From Azolla caroliniana (Eukaryota; Plantae; Polypodiophyta), in assembly GCA_043228905.1 (NCBI GenBank), contig JBHGNT010000002.1:1054001-1118000 (forward strand): a DNA stretch of 64,000 nt. Reading direction: 5' to 3'. Shown piece by piece: positions 11,345 to 24,698 of this stretch. The notes below the pieces were generated by a model, which saw only the letters and a list, made by a program, of their open reading frames with translations, did not search any database and was not told the origin of the DNA. The stretch's first letter is position 1. Every line of letters begins with the position of its first letter. Made by a program: the position numbers and the translations under genes.

Positions 11345-14300
11345 CATCTGTCCTACCCCCATCGGCATAGTCACTAAATCCACCATCCATTTGAAGTGGA
11401 CAGTCGGTCGGTAGGTTGGATGAAGCTCGTCTCGATGCTGGACTGTAGAGTGCATCTGGCAATTCTTATAGGTTGTCACAAAATGATGCACATCCCGGTA
11501 CAGCCCCGGCCACCAATACTTACCCTTGAGCTTCTCAAATGTGGCCCACGTCCCGCGGTGTTTGGCCCAGGGACTCTCATGATATGTCGTAAGCAACGCT
11601 TTCTGCTTGTCTTCCCTCACCACTACGCGGAGTGGGGTGCCGCTACGCTTCTTCGGATGCCTTCATATGCGTCCTCCTCGTAGGAAGAATCGGTACGCCT
11701 TCTTCCGCACCCGATTGGCCTCTTCTCTAGTCCACGCCATGTCCGACGTCATCGTTCGTAGGAACCTTCCTATTTGGAGCCACTCCCCGTCATATTCGCT
11801 CTCGTTGAACTTGTTAAGTGTCGGAGTGCTCCTCGTCCTAGTTGCCACGTTAGCTGACCTGAAGAAGTCCTCACCGACTTCTTCGTTATCCGAAACCATG
11901 CCGTCCTCGTCACTGAACCGCGCCCTTGAAAGCATATTGACCATGGCATTATCCTTTTCGGAGATGTGCTGTATCTCCGGGTTCAAGGACTTGTTGTATG
12001 CGATCCACTTGAGCATCGCCAGGTCCGGAGTCATGCATCCGGAAACCATACCCAGAATCGGTAGGCAGTCCGTCTTGATGATCACTTCCGTCCCGATCAG
12101 ATAGTCCTTGTCAGCCTTGACTACCGAAACGATACCCCATAGCTTGCACTTAATTTGGGCGTATCCTCACTGCCACTCACTCAATACCTTTGCCCTGAAC
12201 CGGATCAAGAACCATACGCCGTCCTCGTCTTCCTGATTGATCACCCACCCGATCCCGGTCGGGCTCGTGTCCACCGTCACGTAAATGGGGACTTCCTTGC
12301 TGTAAACCGCTTTCCGGAGAGTCGGTGCCGCGACGAGCACCTCCTTCAGTCTCCGGACTGACTCCGTGTGCTCCGTCCTCCATTCGAACCGACGCCCTTT
12401 CTTTAATAACCCGTAAAGCTGTTCCTTGACATGCGCGTAGTGCGGAATCCAGATGTGATAGAACGCACATGCCCCCAGGATCCTTCGGACCTCCGTGACC
12501 GATCCGTAATCATCCTTCATCGCGGAGATGGCTTCGGGTACACATCCGAACTAGGCTGAGAGGAGTCTGCATCGTCATGACATCCCTGCTCTCTATGACT
12601 AGTTGGAATTGATCGTACCCTGAGTACAGATCCTCGACTGAGTAGATCGACCTCCCTACGAAGGCCTCCGCGAACTCATCATTGGTCGGTCTGATACCTG
12701 TGTTTCGAATGGTCACCTTGTTGACCGGCTACAGGTCCTGTATGAAGCGCAGTGTGCCGTTCTTCTTTGGCACGGTAAACCACCGATTCGAATATGGGGC
12801 ACTCGACGGTTCGAGGATGCCCATCTCCACCTTTTGTTTCAGCAGCTCCATCAGCTTCGAAATGTGAGCTCTAGGCACTGGAATCGGTTTGAGATTCCAC
12901 GGTATGTGCGGTACCGTGAAGATCACCATCGGTTCTACGATCGTGGGGTCTACGCACCCGATCTCCTCCGGCGAGAATGCGAAGGCTTTCCCGTGCCTTC
13001 CGAGCATTCTCCGAAACCGGTCCTCCTCCGCCGACGGTAGAAACCCACCCCCACCAACCTTGAGCTCCCGTAGCGTTATGTCGGTGAACCGGTGTCCTAT
13101 GCCGGCCGGATTCCGTAAACTTGGGTTCGACGCGACCCCCTTTATACGGTTCTTGCTGCCCTCCAGCAAGGGTGCCACGACGGGCCTCACCTTCCGGTCC
13201 ACAGTCTTGTACTTTGTACTTACGTAGGCCATCCGATCCGACCTGATCCATTCCCCAAAGTTCGCGATGACTTCGTACATTTCCACTGAGTTGACCGGAA
13301 TCATCCGGTCTTCGCTAAGGCCCTCATCAACTACACCGCATAGCTCTCCCAAGGTGTTGTCAAACGAGACCGCCTCCGTGGCGCCGCTAATTTGTTCATC
13401 GGGGTGGAGAGCCCCGCATGACCTGAGCCGCTCCTCCACCTTCTTCTTCTCCCTGCTACTGATGCCAGTTAATGTACAACCTCCGTTCTCGGAGAGCCAA
13501 AATTTCCTACCTATGGTACAGGTGTGGGGTTCCTCCGGTGCGTCCGGACTATCGCGGCCCCATGCCTTGATAGCCCTCTTTAAAAAATCCCCTTGGCTGT
13601 CGCCACCAAGAGTCTCACGGTTGCACTCATGATTCGGTCTCACGGTCAGAAATTGGACGGAGTGTCGTCCGTCTTGACTCTTCATGCGCGCGTATGCCAA
13701 GCCGTTGTCGAGCACCTTTGTCTCCATGCGTGCTGCCGTGATGTATGGTTCGCCGAGTATCACTGGGTGTGAGGACGTCTCTTGCACAAAAAAGTGTTGG
13801 TCTATCTCGACCTCGCCAATCTTCACGTGTACGTTCGGGCACGCCCCGTGCAGCTCCTTCGTAGCGCGGGTCGCCGCGCGTATCTTCCAGCCGTGTTTGG
13901 TGTTGATTGGCCATTTCCCCTTCTTGTAAAAGTCCATGGACATCAGATTGATCTCGAATCCATGGTCTATTAGTGCCACTACCGGCTCTTGCACATCCCC
14001 GACCTGGACAGGGGTCTCGGTAATGGCTCTGGCCCAGTGTAATTTAGAATAATGGTTTTCCGCCAACTCATCCTCCAAGGCCGCATCCTCTACAGGCTTC
14101 TCCGGTTCCGGTTCCGCGGAGAGCCGTTTGCGCTTCACCAAGTCCACAATGGAGTCGTGGAACTCCTTCTTGACGATTCCAAGCACCTCCCTCAGTGACA
14201 GCTCCACCTTGTTGTCGAGGATCCGCTCTTTGAGGACCTTCCGCAGGTCCGTCGTTCTTTCTATCTCTGTGGTCAGCTGGTACCCGGCATGCTTGGCCTT

Positions 14301-16380
14301 GTCCGGTATGCCGGAATTGCTGGCGCCACTCTTTTTCGGGCCGAACCGAATGTCGTACCGTTGCGAGGGACCGGCCCCTCCAGCCTTTCCCACGCGCTTG
14401 TCTTCCACCAGAACCTCGTAGTTCTGGCATGCAGCTTCTACGAAGCTAGACTTTTCTTCGATCGGGTTGTCCCACCCGGTGACTTCTCGAATCCGCTGCT
14501 CCGCGCGGTCCGCTTCTTCCTTCTTCAACCGGACTCTAGAGAGGCCTTCCAGCACTAGTGGCTAGAACCCGAAGTGGCTTGCCTTCTGTCCTTCGGTACC
14601 CCCGACCCAGATTCCTACCGACGCCACATAATTCACGGCCTTAGTGTGTCCCGCGACAGCCTCTTCCATCAGACTCTTCATCCCACCATGCCCGATATTC
14701 CCTTCCAGGGCTCTCCTAGTCTTGCTAGAGTGCACCCGGCCACCCTAGAGGTACACCGTGTTAGTTCTGAGCGCATCTGCAAAATCCGCGCAGTCTCTGC
14801 GAGCATGGTTGAATGCATCGCACCATATGCATCGCTGCCCTACCGGTGGCCTTCGGTCGCGAGACTAGTCGCCGTTGTCCCGTCGTGCTTGCACGATCTG
14901 GAGGTAACGCATCATTTGTGTCAATTCTTCCAGCGCCGCACCTCCGGAGGGACCTTTGACCACGCCACTAGACGCCGACCCCGTCTCAAGCCAGTTTCGG
15001 GTTTCTTCTTTTCGTGCCAACGAAGGCTCCTCGAATTGCTTTGCCGGGACGGGCCTTGCTGCCGACGACCCTTCATGACACCATTCCCACCGTTTGTCGA
15101 AACAACTGCAGACTCCTTTAACCACGGCCCAGTCAGTCGTGAGCCCTTCATCGGTCTCCAACAAGAGACCTACCTTCTCTCTGTCCAATGCGTCAACCGC
15201 TTTGACGAACAACAATACTCGGCTCGTATCGAGCACGGTCCGATCTAATGCCGACAACCACACGAACCGCGTTTCGAATTCCCGGAGGAGCGCCAATGTG
15301 CTCCTCCCCTTCCCAGGGCTTTCGACCCATGCCATGAAGTCCCACTTCGACAGTCGAAGCGAGCTGTCGAACCCATACTTTTCGAGGAGCCGCTCCCCGA
15401 AAACCTCCCACATCTGGCATCCGACCAGCACCTCGAGCACCTTTGCATGGATGTTCGGCGTCACCACTTGAGGGAATCTGGACAACCGCCTCTCTTCAGG
15501 GATGTCTCTCATGATCATCTCGACCCGATAGGCCTCCAAATAGCTCGTGGTGTTCTTACCACCAAATCGGCCTATGGTGCCGACGATCGATTCTATGGCT
15601 ATGTCGAGGGTACCTGTTCCCTCACGAGCGCTCACTAGACGGTTAAGGGCTACTGCCATAGCTTCAGCAAGCTCAGATCCCCTCATCTTCAACTCCTTTA
15701 CCGCCTCTTTCACGTCAGGTTCACCAAATATGTCATGTTACTATGCTTTCGCGGGTGAAAAGAGACGGGACCGCGGGGGCCCTGAACCAAGGAGCGTGAG
15801 AGAGGAGAGAGAGAGCGTTTTGCTGAACACAGTGAAAGAGAGAGAGAGAAAACAGAACAATTCGATTATAACACCAAAAATGATTACAACCGGCACACCG
15901 GCAACGGACCCAACACGGGAGTCCACCCACACCCACACACAGGCGTCACATGCCAAGCACAGAAACGCGAAGGGAGAGCCTCTGATGGAAGCGCACAGGC
16001 TGTCCACGAAGCAGAGGCGACGATCTCCAAAACCCGCAGAGAATGACAACCGAAGGAGGAGAGAGAGAGCTCAGTACACGGTCCGGCAGCACTTCGTCCT
16101 CACTAACGCACGATCCCCTGTTCTTCCTTCTCTTCTTCCTTATATAGGTCGTTGGGGAGAGTCCGTTCTCCTTCACTCACAGTCACATTACTTTATTCTC
16201 TATCCCTTCGGACAGAGATACGCATCGATTTCCTAATAAATGTGTCGCACCTAGTATATTTACATCAGCCGCCCTACACATAATTATGTACAAGTTATCA
16301 ATTCACACACCCACACATGGAAGGGCCGGTTCGTGCACGGTTTCTCTCGTTTCCCCCTAGGGACGGTTTTCTCCACGACA
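11345..16380 (-). mobile_element. 3'-truncated, internally deleted Ty3/gypsy element (tRNA-Trp family)
   Basis: 5' LTR 15731-16380, PBS 15710-15726, gag 15713-14865, PR/RT 14555-12729, RH/IN fragments to ~11345; stops, frameshifts and a deletion removing the RT FLDD region (~12540); no 3' LTR. Confidence 0.92.
15731..16380 (-). repeat. 5' LTR of the truncated gypsy element
   Basis: On minus strand begins TGTCGTGGAGAAAACCGTCC and ends ...GACA followed by TATT and the Trp PBS. Confidence 0.9.
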
Positions 16381-16745
16381 CCGGTCTTTGTTCTTCGCTT
16401 CATCCCTTGTACTTCTCCCGAACTTGTCGTCGCTCTCCTTGTTGTGCTCCCGCCTCCATCTTCCATTTCTTTCGGTCTCACGTTGCCATGCCGGCCGAAC
16501 TGCCGAAGTCTCCGGTCAAGATGTGGGGACACCGATTTCGTAACGACTCCCGACGACGCATCCGAGGCCACCAACCCTTTTAGTGGTGTTGGTAGAAAGC
16601 ATCTGCTCTATGATCGATCAAGCCCCGCATGGGCTTGATTCTCCAATGTCCGGAGTTTCGGCGCCGATGCCGATCCTGCCGAACTTGTTCTGTACCCTCA
16701 ATCATCTTCTTCCCTATTCCCAACCTTCGCCCAATCGGTCTTTCT
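16381..16745. mobile_element. Fragment of a non-coding LTR-element internal region (family D)
   Basis: Homologous to ~42100-42207 plus 42810-42890; contains the GGTCTCACGTTGCCATG motif and hairpins. Confidence 0.65.
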
Positions 16746-19700
16746 CCCCATGTCCACGCCGTATCCGATGTCATTGTTTTCAGGAGCCCGCCGATCTGGA
16801 GCCACTCCCCGTCATACTTGCTCTCGTCGAATTCGTTAAGCGCCGGAGTGCTCCCCTTTCTGGTCGTCACGTATGCCGCCTCGAAGAAATCTACGCCGAC
16901 TTCCTCGTCCTCCGAAACCATGCCTTCCTCGTTTTCGAACCTCGCCCTTGAGAGCATGTCGGCCATGGCATTGTCTTTTCCGGAAATGTGCCGTATCTCC
17001 GTATTCAAGGACTTGATGTACACTATCCACCTGAGCATTGCCAGGTCTGGTGTCGCGCATCTAGAAACCATGCCAAGAATCGGCAAGCAGTCCGTCTCGA
17101 TTATTACCTCTATCCCGATCAGGTAGTCTTTATCGGCCTTCACCGCCAATACAATACCCCAGAGTTCGCGTTTAACCTGGGCGTATCCTCGTTGTCGCTC
17201 ACTGAGGACCTTTGCGCCGAAGCGGATGGGGAACCTCGTGCCAACGTCATCCTCTTGATTGATCACCCACCCGATCCCAGTCAAGCTCGTGTCCACCGTC
17301 ACGTAGACGGGGAGGCCCTTGCCGTAAGATGCTTTACGGAGAGTTGGTGCTACCGTAAGCGCCTCCTTTAGTCTCCGGACCAACTCCGTGTGCTCCGTTC
17401 TCCACTCGAACCTACGCCCTTTCTTCAATAGCATGTAGAGCGGCTCCGCAACATGCGTGTAGTGCGGAATCCAGATGTGGTAGAACGCGCACGCCCCCAA
17501 GAATCTGCGGACTTCCGTAACCGACCCGCAATCATCCTTCATCGCGGAGATGGCTTCTACCTTTGCCGGGGACGGTTTCCTACTGTAAGGTCCGCATAGG
17601 TGTCCGACCACCAATATCTCTAACTGCCCGAACGCCGATTTTTCTCCGGAGAAGGTGAGTCGTGTGCTCTCGAGCCTTTGCAGCACCTTCTCGCAGTCAT
17701 TGATGTGGTTCACGACGAACGTCCGGCATCCGTCCGACCCGACAGTCTCGTCCACATCTTCCACCGGACACCCCTTTATCGGGATGTCGTCCAAGAATGG
17801 CATGGTGATGTCCAGGATGCAGTCCCTCAGCACTTTGTTCATTGCGTTCACCATATGCGCCACCGAGTTCGTCCCGCCTTGTGGTAGGGTACACATCCGT
17901 ACTAGGCCGAGGGGGGTTCACATTGTCGTGATATCCCTGCTCTCCACGGCTAGCTGGAACAGGTCGTACCCCGAGTATAAGTCACTGACCGAATAGATCG
18001 ACCTCCCAGCGAAGGCCTCCATGAACTCGTCTATGGTCGGTCCGATTCCTGCATTACGGATGGTCACCTTGTTAACCGGTTGCAGGTCCTGAATGAAGCG
18101 CAACGTGACGTTCTTCTTCGGCACCGTAAACCACCGATTCGAATACGGGGCACTCGACGGTTCGAGGATGCCCATCTCCACCCTTTGCTTCAAAAGCTCC
18201 ATCAACTTCGGGATGTGAGCTCTCGGCACCGGAATCGGTTTGAGATTCCACGGTACATGCGATACCGTGAAGATCACCATCAGTTCGATGATCGTCGGGT
18301 CTACGCACCCGATCTCCTCCGGCGAGAACGCGAAGGCTTTCCCATGCCTTTCGAGCATTCTCTGAAACCTGTTCTCCTCCGCCGGCAATAGAAAGCCACC
18401 CCCACCGACCTTGAGCTCCCGTAGCGTTATGTCGGTGAACTAGTGCCCTATGCCGCCGGATTCCGAAAACTTGGGTCCGATGCGACCCCTTTATCCGCTC
18501 CTCGCCGCCCTCCGGCAAGGGTGCTGCGAACGGCCTTACCTTCCGGTCCACAGTCTTGTACTTTGCACTCACGCGGGCCGTCCGATCCGACCCGATCCTT
18601 CCCCCGGAGTCCGCGATGACTTCATACATTCCCATCGAACCTACCAGAACGGTCCGGTCTTCTCTAAGGTCTTCACCGATCACCTTTCACAACTCGCCCA
18701 AGGTGTCATCAAAAGAGACCGCCTCCATGGCGCCGCTGATCTCTTCGTCGGGGGAGAGGACTCCACATCCCCTGAGCCGCTCCTCCGCTTGCTTCCTTTC
18801 CCGGCCGCTGACGCCGGCCATAGTACAACCTCCATTGTCGGAGAACCAAAATTTCCTACCTATGGTACAAGTCTTCTTCCGTACTGTACATTTGTGGGGT
18901 TTTTCCGGGGTGTCCGGACTATCGTGGCCCCACGCCTTGATAGCCCTCTCTAAAAATCCCCTCGGGTTTCGCCACTGAGGGTCTCGCGGTTACGCTCATG
19001 GTTTGGTCGCACCGTCAGGAACTGGACAGAGTGACGCCTATCCTGGCTCTTGACTCTTGCGTAGGCTGAACCGTTGTCCAACACCTTGGTCTCCATCCGT
19101 GCCGCCATGATGTATGGTTCTCCTAGTATAACCGGATGTGAGGACGTCTCCTGCACGAAGAAGTGCTGGTCGATCTCGACATCGCCGATTTTCACCCTTA
19201 CATTCGGGCAGGCTCCATTTAGTTCTTCCGTGGCGCGCGTCGCTGCCCGTATTTTCCAGCCGTGTTTGGTGTTGATCGACCATTTCCCCTTTTTGTAGAA
19301 GTCCATGGACATCAAGTTGATTTCCGAACCGTGGTCCACCAACGCCACCACCGGCTCCTGGACATCCCCGACCTTAGCAGGGGTCTCCGTGGTCGCTCTG
19401 GCCCAGTGCGGCCTCGAATAGTGGCTCTCTGCCAACTCGTCTTCTAGGGCCATGTCCTCTATGTGCGTCGTTCGCACTTCCACCGGCTTCTCTGGCTCTG
19501 GCTCTGTCGATAGCCTCTTCCTCTTCACCAAGTCTATGATGGAGTCGTGGAACTCCTTCTTGGCAATCCCGAGCACTTCCCTCAGCGACAGTTCCACTTT
19601 GCTGTCGAGGATACGTTCCTCCAGGACCTTTCGCAGGTCCGTGGTCCTTTCGATTTCCGTGCTCAACCGGTACCCGACCTTCTTGGCTTTATCCGGTGCG

Positions 19701-21948
19701 TCGGTCGCACCGGCCTCATTCTGCCTTTGACCGAATCGGGTCTTGTACCGTTGCGAGGGCCCGGCCCCTCCGGTTTTACCTACTAGCTTGTCTTCCACCA
19801 GAGCCTCGTAGTTCTAGCATGCGGCTTCAACGAAGCCCCATGTAAAGAGGGTGGCTCGTCCCGCACCCTCTTCCGTGTCAGCACCTTCATACCGAACCCT
19901 ACCCCTGTCGAACGATCCACATCCGGATAGTGCTCCATCCGAATCGGAATGCCGACCAGTTCAATCCTTGGGCGGGTCGACTTCTGATTCCGCGCCCTTC
20001 GGCACTAGCTCTCATTTCCTCTTTCTCTGCCACGGCTCTGTCCTCGACCTCCTCGCAAGCCATTTCCCATCCATCTTCGCTGGCATCGTGCCAGGTCTTC
20101 TCGATGGCGCCTTCCATCACTCCGGTCTTATGCCGACACATGGGCTCGATTGCTGAAGTCTCCGGACTCCGTGTGAAGGGCTCTTCTCTGCTCCCGACCT
20201 CCTCCTCGGATGGTCTTTCTCCGCAAGTCAAGAGGGTGTTTCACTCCACACCCTCTCCCGTGGTACCGTGGTACCATTCTTCAGCCTCTGCTTGGGCCAT
20301 GTCCGCCTTGTTCAGAAGACTGACTAGCTCTGAGTCTTCGGAATCGGTTCACGTGCCAAATCTCTCTTCTTCTTTAACCATCGCCTTCAGAGCCTCGTAC
20401 GCTTCCCAAACCAAGGCTTTGAGATCGAGCTTCGCCGATCCTTCTTGTTACGTACCCGCTTCATGCCGTGATGACACGCCGTTGCGCATTATTTTCCGTT
20501 TTACCTTTGCAGACCGCTCCTCATCCAACCGTCGGTATACTCGTTCGACTTTCGACCAGTCCTCGGTAAGGCCATTCGGTCCTTCATCGTCATCGAGCTC
20601 AATTCCGATGGCCTCCCATTTTGCTCAGTCGATCGACCTAACGAACAACAGGACTTTGTCCACCCCCACCAGACTTTGCTCCCGCTCCGGGAGCCAAGCA
20701 AACCTCCGCTCAAACTTTCGGAACGCCTTCGTTGCGCCCCGGTGGGTCTTCGCCGTTGCAACCCACTGGTCGAAGTCGCGTCGTCCCCGACTCTTCCGCC
20801 GTCATCCGTATGCGTGCAGGGTTTAGGGTTTAGAACTATGAGCTTCTCAAAGCTCCTTTACTTCCGCGTGCATACAAACAACGACGACCCGACAGAAGAA
20901 CTCCAGCCTCAACACCTCGTCTACGATTCGCACCTCCATTTCTGCGTTGTAGGCTTCCAAGTAGAATGGGACTTTGTCCCCGTTGAAATGGCCGACACTT
21001 TCGACCACTCACTCAATAGCTTGCTGCGCCGCTTCCCGTCTCATTGTCACTCGTCCGAACTCCTTCACCACTTCGGCCACCATCTCCGTGATGTCTTCGT
21101 CTTCCAACTCCATCCTCCCTTGCCGCCATTTCATGTTGGGTTCACCAAATATGTCGCGGTAATCCGCGAGTATGTGTCGAAAGGGGCAGGACCACGGGGG
21201 TCTCGGACGAGGAGGAGATGGATGTCGGGAGACCGACCCTCACCGGTCCCGGCTGCACCGGCTGTGGCGCAAACCGGAATGATTCCGGACGCGTACCGGA
21301 GGCTATCAAACACGTGAGAGGGAGAGAGAGAGAATACGTGCAACACTGACTCAACACACGCTACTTATGTACAGAAAAGGAAAGAAGAAACTCCAAAAAC
21401 GCAGACACAGACACAGATACATAGAACTTCATTATATATGTACAAGAGTAAGATACAACTCCGGTTTCGAGTCGAACTAAGATAGGTTAGGTTACAACAG
21501 TAGCCTGCTGCCAAGCCGCCGATCGGGGAGCTCTCGGGCTCGTCGCGCCGAGCGGGGTCTTGCACAGGAGACATGGCAGAAGCCTAAACCCCTTTTGACA
21601 TACGAGCTCCTAACCGGACTAAACCCTAAACAGACACGAAGACTCAACCTACACGACGAAGAAGAAGAAGAACTCGAAGAACCCTAATAGAAACAAGAAA
21701 GTAAGAAGAAGAAAGATTATCATACCTTGGACCTAATGGTATACCCTCCTAATTCAAAATGGGCAACCCCTTTACAAGGGACCCTCCCTTCCTTTTATAG
21801 CCCAAGGAGGGAGGGACGTTACAATGTGGGATAAATCCTCTCCTTTATTCTATACACCATTTTCCTACTATACATGTACACATGTTGCACATTGCCGACT
21901 TGCCCATTCCATCCTGGTTTCACACCAAAGTCGGAAATTTTCATGACA
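16746..21948 (-). mobile_element. Degenerate chimeric Ty3/gypsy: LTR-B (21152-21948), Trp PBS (21131-21147), divergent gag, then PR-RT-RH of the main family
   Basis: ORFs 18950-19798 (ALVDHGS), 17918-18388, 16580-17896 (FLDD, RNase H); gag at 21130-20400 only distantly similar to other gags; abrupt switch near 19838. Confidence 0.85.
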
Positions 21949-24161
21949 ACGGCACATCTTCGGAAAAGACAACACCATGGTTGATATGCACTAAATGCTA
22001 GAATACAAAGTGGTGACATAATGGTGACTCTTGACCATTGAAGTGTCTATTCACTCTCAAGGTGAGTTCACACACTAGACCAAGTTGAGCTTGATTCTCA
22101 ACACGCCCCCTCAAGCTCAAGTCGGGTCGGTTTCAGACGGTATCCGAAATCCGCTTCGACTCTCGTTCCGGAGTCCGCCTCGACTCCTTTTATGCGGAGT
22201 TGCGGAATCCGTGCTCCAGCTTGCGTTGTGCATAGTTACGAAGTCTGTGCTTCAGCTTGCGTCTTTCTTCGCGGCTTTGCGCAGTAGATCAACTCTTCGC
22301 GACTTCGTTGCGTGGTTGCGGAATCCACGCGTTATTGCATAGTGCGCGGTTGCAGAATCTACATGTTATTGCGTAGTGTCTTCAGTACTCCCCCTCAAGC
22401 TTGGCAGGTCAGGGATCGTCAATCCGAGATCGGTCATGAATTGCCATAGCTTGTCAGCTCCTTGAGGCTTTAGTGAAGATGTCGGTCGTTTGAAGATTTG
22501 TGCTAATGTGTTGTAGGTAGACATCGCCAGCTAGAGCGCGCTCTCGGATGAAGTGGTAGTGCACTTCGATGTGCTTTGTCCGCGTGTGGAACACCGGGTT
22601 CCGAGCCAAATAGATACTGCTCATGTTATTGCAGTAAAGGGAAGTCGGATCCTTGATGGGTACGCCCAGATCCTTGAGTATCCTTTTGAGCCATATGGCT
22701 TCACATGCGGCCACTACCGCGCTCCTGTATTCCGCCTCTGTGCTCGAAAGAGCGACGGTTGGTTGCTTTTTGCTGCTCCAGGATATTGCTCCGCTGCCGA
22801 GGGAGAAAACAAATACGGAGGTCGATCGTCGATCGGCTTTGTAGCCAGCCCAATCCGTGTCTATGTACCCCTCGAGTCGTATTGGCATCGCGGTCTTGTA
22901 GAGGATGCCGCAATCCATTGTGCCGCTCAGGTATCGTAGAACTTGCTTAGCGCAATCCAAGTGAGTATCACACAGTGTTTGCATGAATTGGCTAAGGACA
23001 CCGACTGGATAACTGAGATCAGGTCGTGTGATCGTGAGGTAGATGAGACTCCCGATGAGTTGCCGATACTGAGTCGGCTCACACACTTTGGTGCCGGAGT
23101 TCGCATCCAGTTTGAGATTGCGATCGAGCGGGGTTGTCGCGGATTGCACTCAGCCATCCCGAACTTGTATAACAAGTTGAGGATGTAGTGTCGTTGAGAG
23201 ATCATGATTCCGGCCGGAGTCCGAATTACCTCGATGCCGAGGAAGTAGTGGAGCTCCTTCATGTCCGTCATCTCGAACTTGTCGGAAAGGAGGGATTTGA
23301 CCTTATTGAGTTCGACGAGATGCTCACCTCCAATGACTAGGTCATCCACATACAGAAGCTGATTTGATGAAGATATTGCGTTATCTTCAAATGCCAAGCA
23401 CGCGGTGCTTGCGTGAGGCCGTAGAGTGGCTTCTTGAGTCAGCATACAACTTTCAGATGGGTGCTCGAGTTGAAGCCGGGTGGTTGTGTCATGTACACCT
23501 CCTCTTCCAATTCGCCTTGTAGAAAGGCGTTCTTGACATCCATTTGATGGAGGTGCCACCCTTTTGCCACGGCAAGCGCAATTACGGTCCGTACCGTCAT
23601 TATCTTTGCCACCGGGGCAAAGGTCTCTTTGCCATCTTTCGCTACGAGTCGCGCTTTGTAGCGGTTGACGGAACCATCGGCGGTGTACTTCACTTTGTAA
23701 ATCCATCTACATCCGATCGCCTTTTTGTGTGGTGAGGTGGGAACGAGATCCCATGTCTCGTTCTTGCGTAGTGCCTGCATCTCCTCCTTCATGGCTTCGA
23801 TCCATCGTGGATCCTTGGCTGCTTCAGAAAATGTTTCCGGCTTGCATACTGTCACCACCTTCATCATAAAGGCATAGTGATATGCCATGTTGTCGTTGTA
23901 GCCGAATCGGCTGATCGGATTCTTTTCACGGGTGGAGTGACAAAGATTTTCATCTGTAGAGATGAAGGCTTTCTTAGCTCTGATTGGTACATCGAAGCCG
24001 CCGAACTCACTGTCGAGTGAGTGAGTCTACTTATTGTTTTCGAAGCGATCGTTGTCGTATTCCGTCATTTTCACCTTGCCTTTGTCCATCTTCGGGCTAG
24101 GCCATGATGTGCTTTGATCGCTCAAAGGCTCTTGTGGTCTGCTCAGTCGGGTCATGATCGG
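21949..24161 (-). pseudogene. Remnant of a third, unrelated Ty1/copia (RT-RNaseH, PPT, start of 3' LTR 22103-21949)
   Basis: ORFs 23439-23888 (QMDVKNAFL), 22927-23706 (YVDD), 22454-23149 (SSTEAEY, RTKHIEV) with frameshifts; PPT TTGAGGGGGCG then TGTTGAG. Confidence 0.9.
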
Positions 24162-24693
24162 ACTAACATATATGATGTATAGTTATAATAAATGTATTAT
24201 TAGTTATTACAAGACATTTAGAGTATTCTAGAACATTCTAGAGTATTCTAGAACATTCTAGGATATTCCATGATTATATTAAATATCATACATATCTAAA
24301 ATATTCTAGAACATTCTAGAATTCTCCATAAGGACCTATAAATAGGTGTCTATTCATTCATCACAACTCATTCGGTTCAACACCAGTTTGTAGCCCCTTA
24401 GCCTACTCTTTGTAATCCTTGCTCTCTTATAATATAAACTCTCTTTCCATTTCTAGTGTTCTTTCTTTCTCTCTCTCTCTCTCCCCCTCTACCTTCTACT
24501 GTCGTGACTTGAGAATAGGAGAGAGAAAAATAAGATATTCCAAGACATTTAGAGTATTCTAGAACATTCTAGAGTATTCCAGAACAATCTAGAGTATTCT
24601 AGAACATTCTAGGATATTCCATGATTATATTAAATATCATAAATATCTAAAATATTCTAGAACATTCTAGAATACTCCATAAGGACCTATAAA
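24162..24693 (+). repeat. AT-rich LTR-like family C, tandemly duplicated; second copy continues at 30149-30345 after the copia-2 insertion
   Basis: Two copies of TTCTAGAA array, CCTATAAATAG and TCTATTCATTCATCACAACTC; terminus ...GTCACGACA at 30345. Confidence 0.8.
24226..24344 (+). promoter_or_regulatory. Heat-shock element arrays (nTTCnnGAAn) upstream of a TATA box
   Basis: TTC/GAA pentamers alternating at 5-bp spacing 24226-24268 and 24304-24321; TATAAATA 24337-24344; repeated at ~24556-24695. Confidence 0.75.
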
Positions 24694-24698
24694 TAGAT

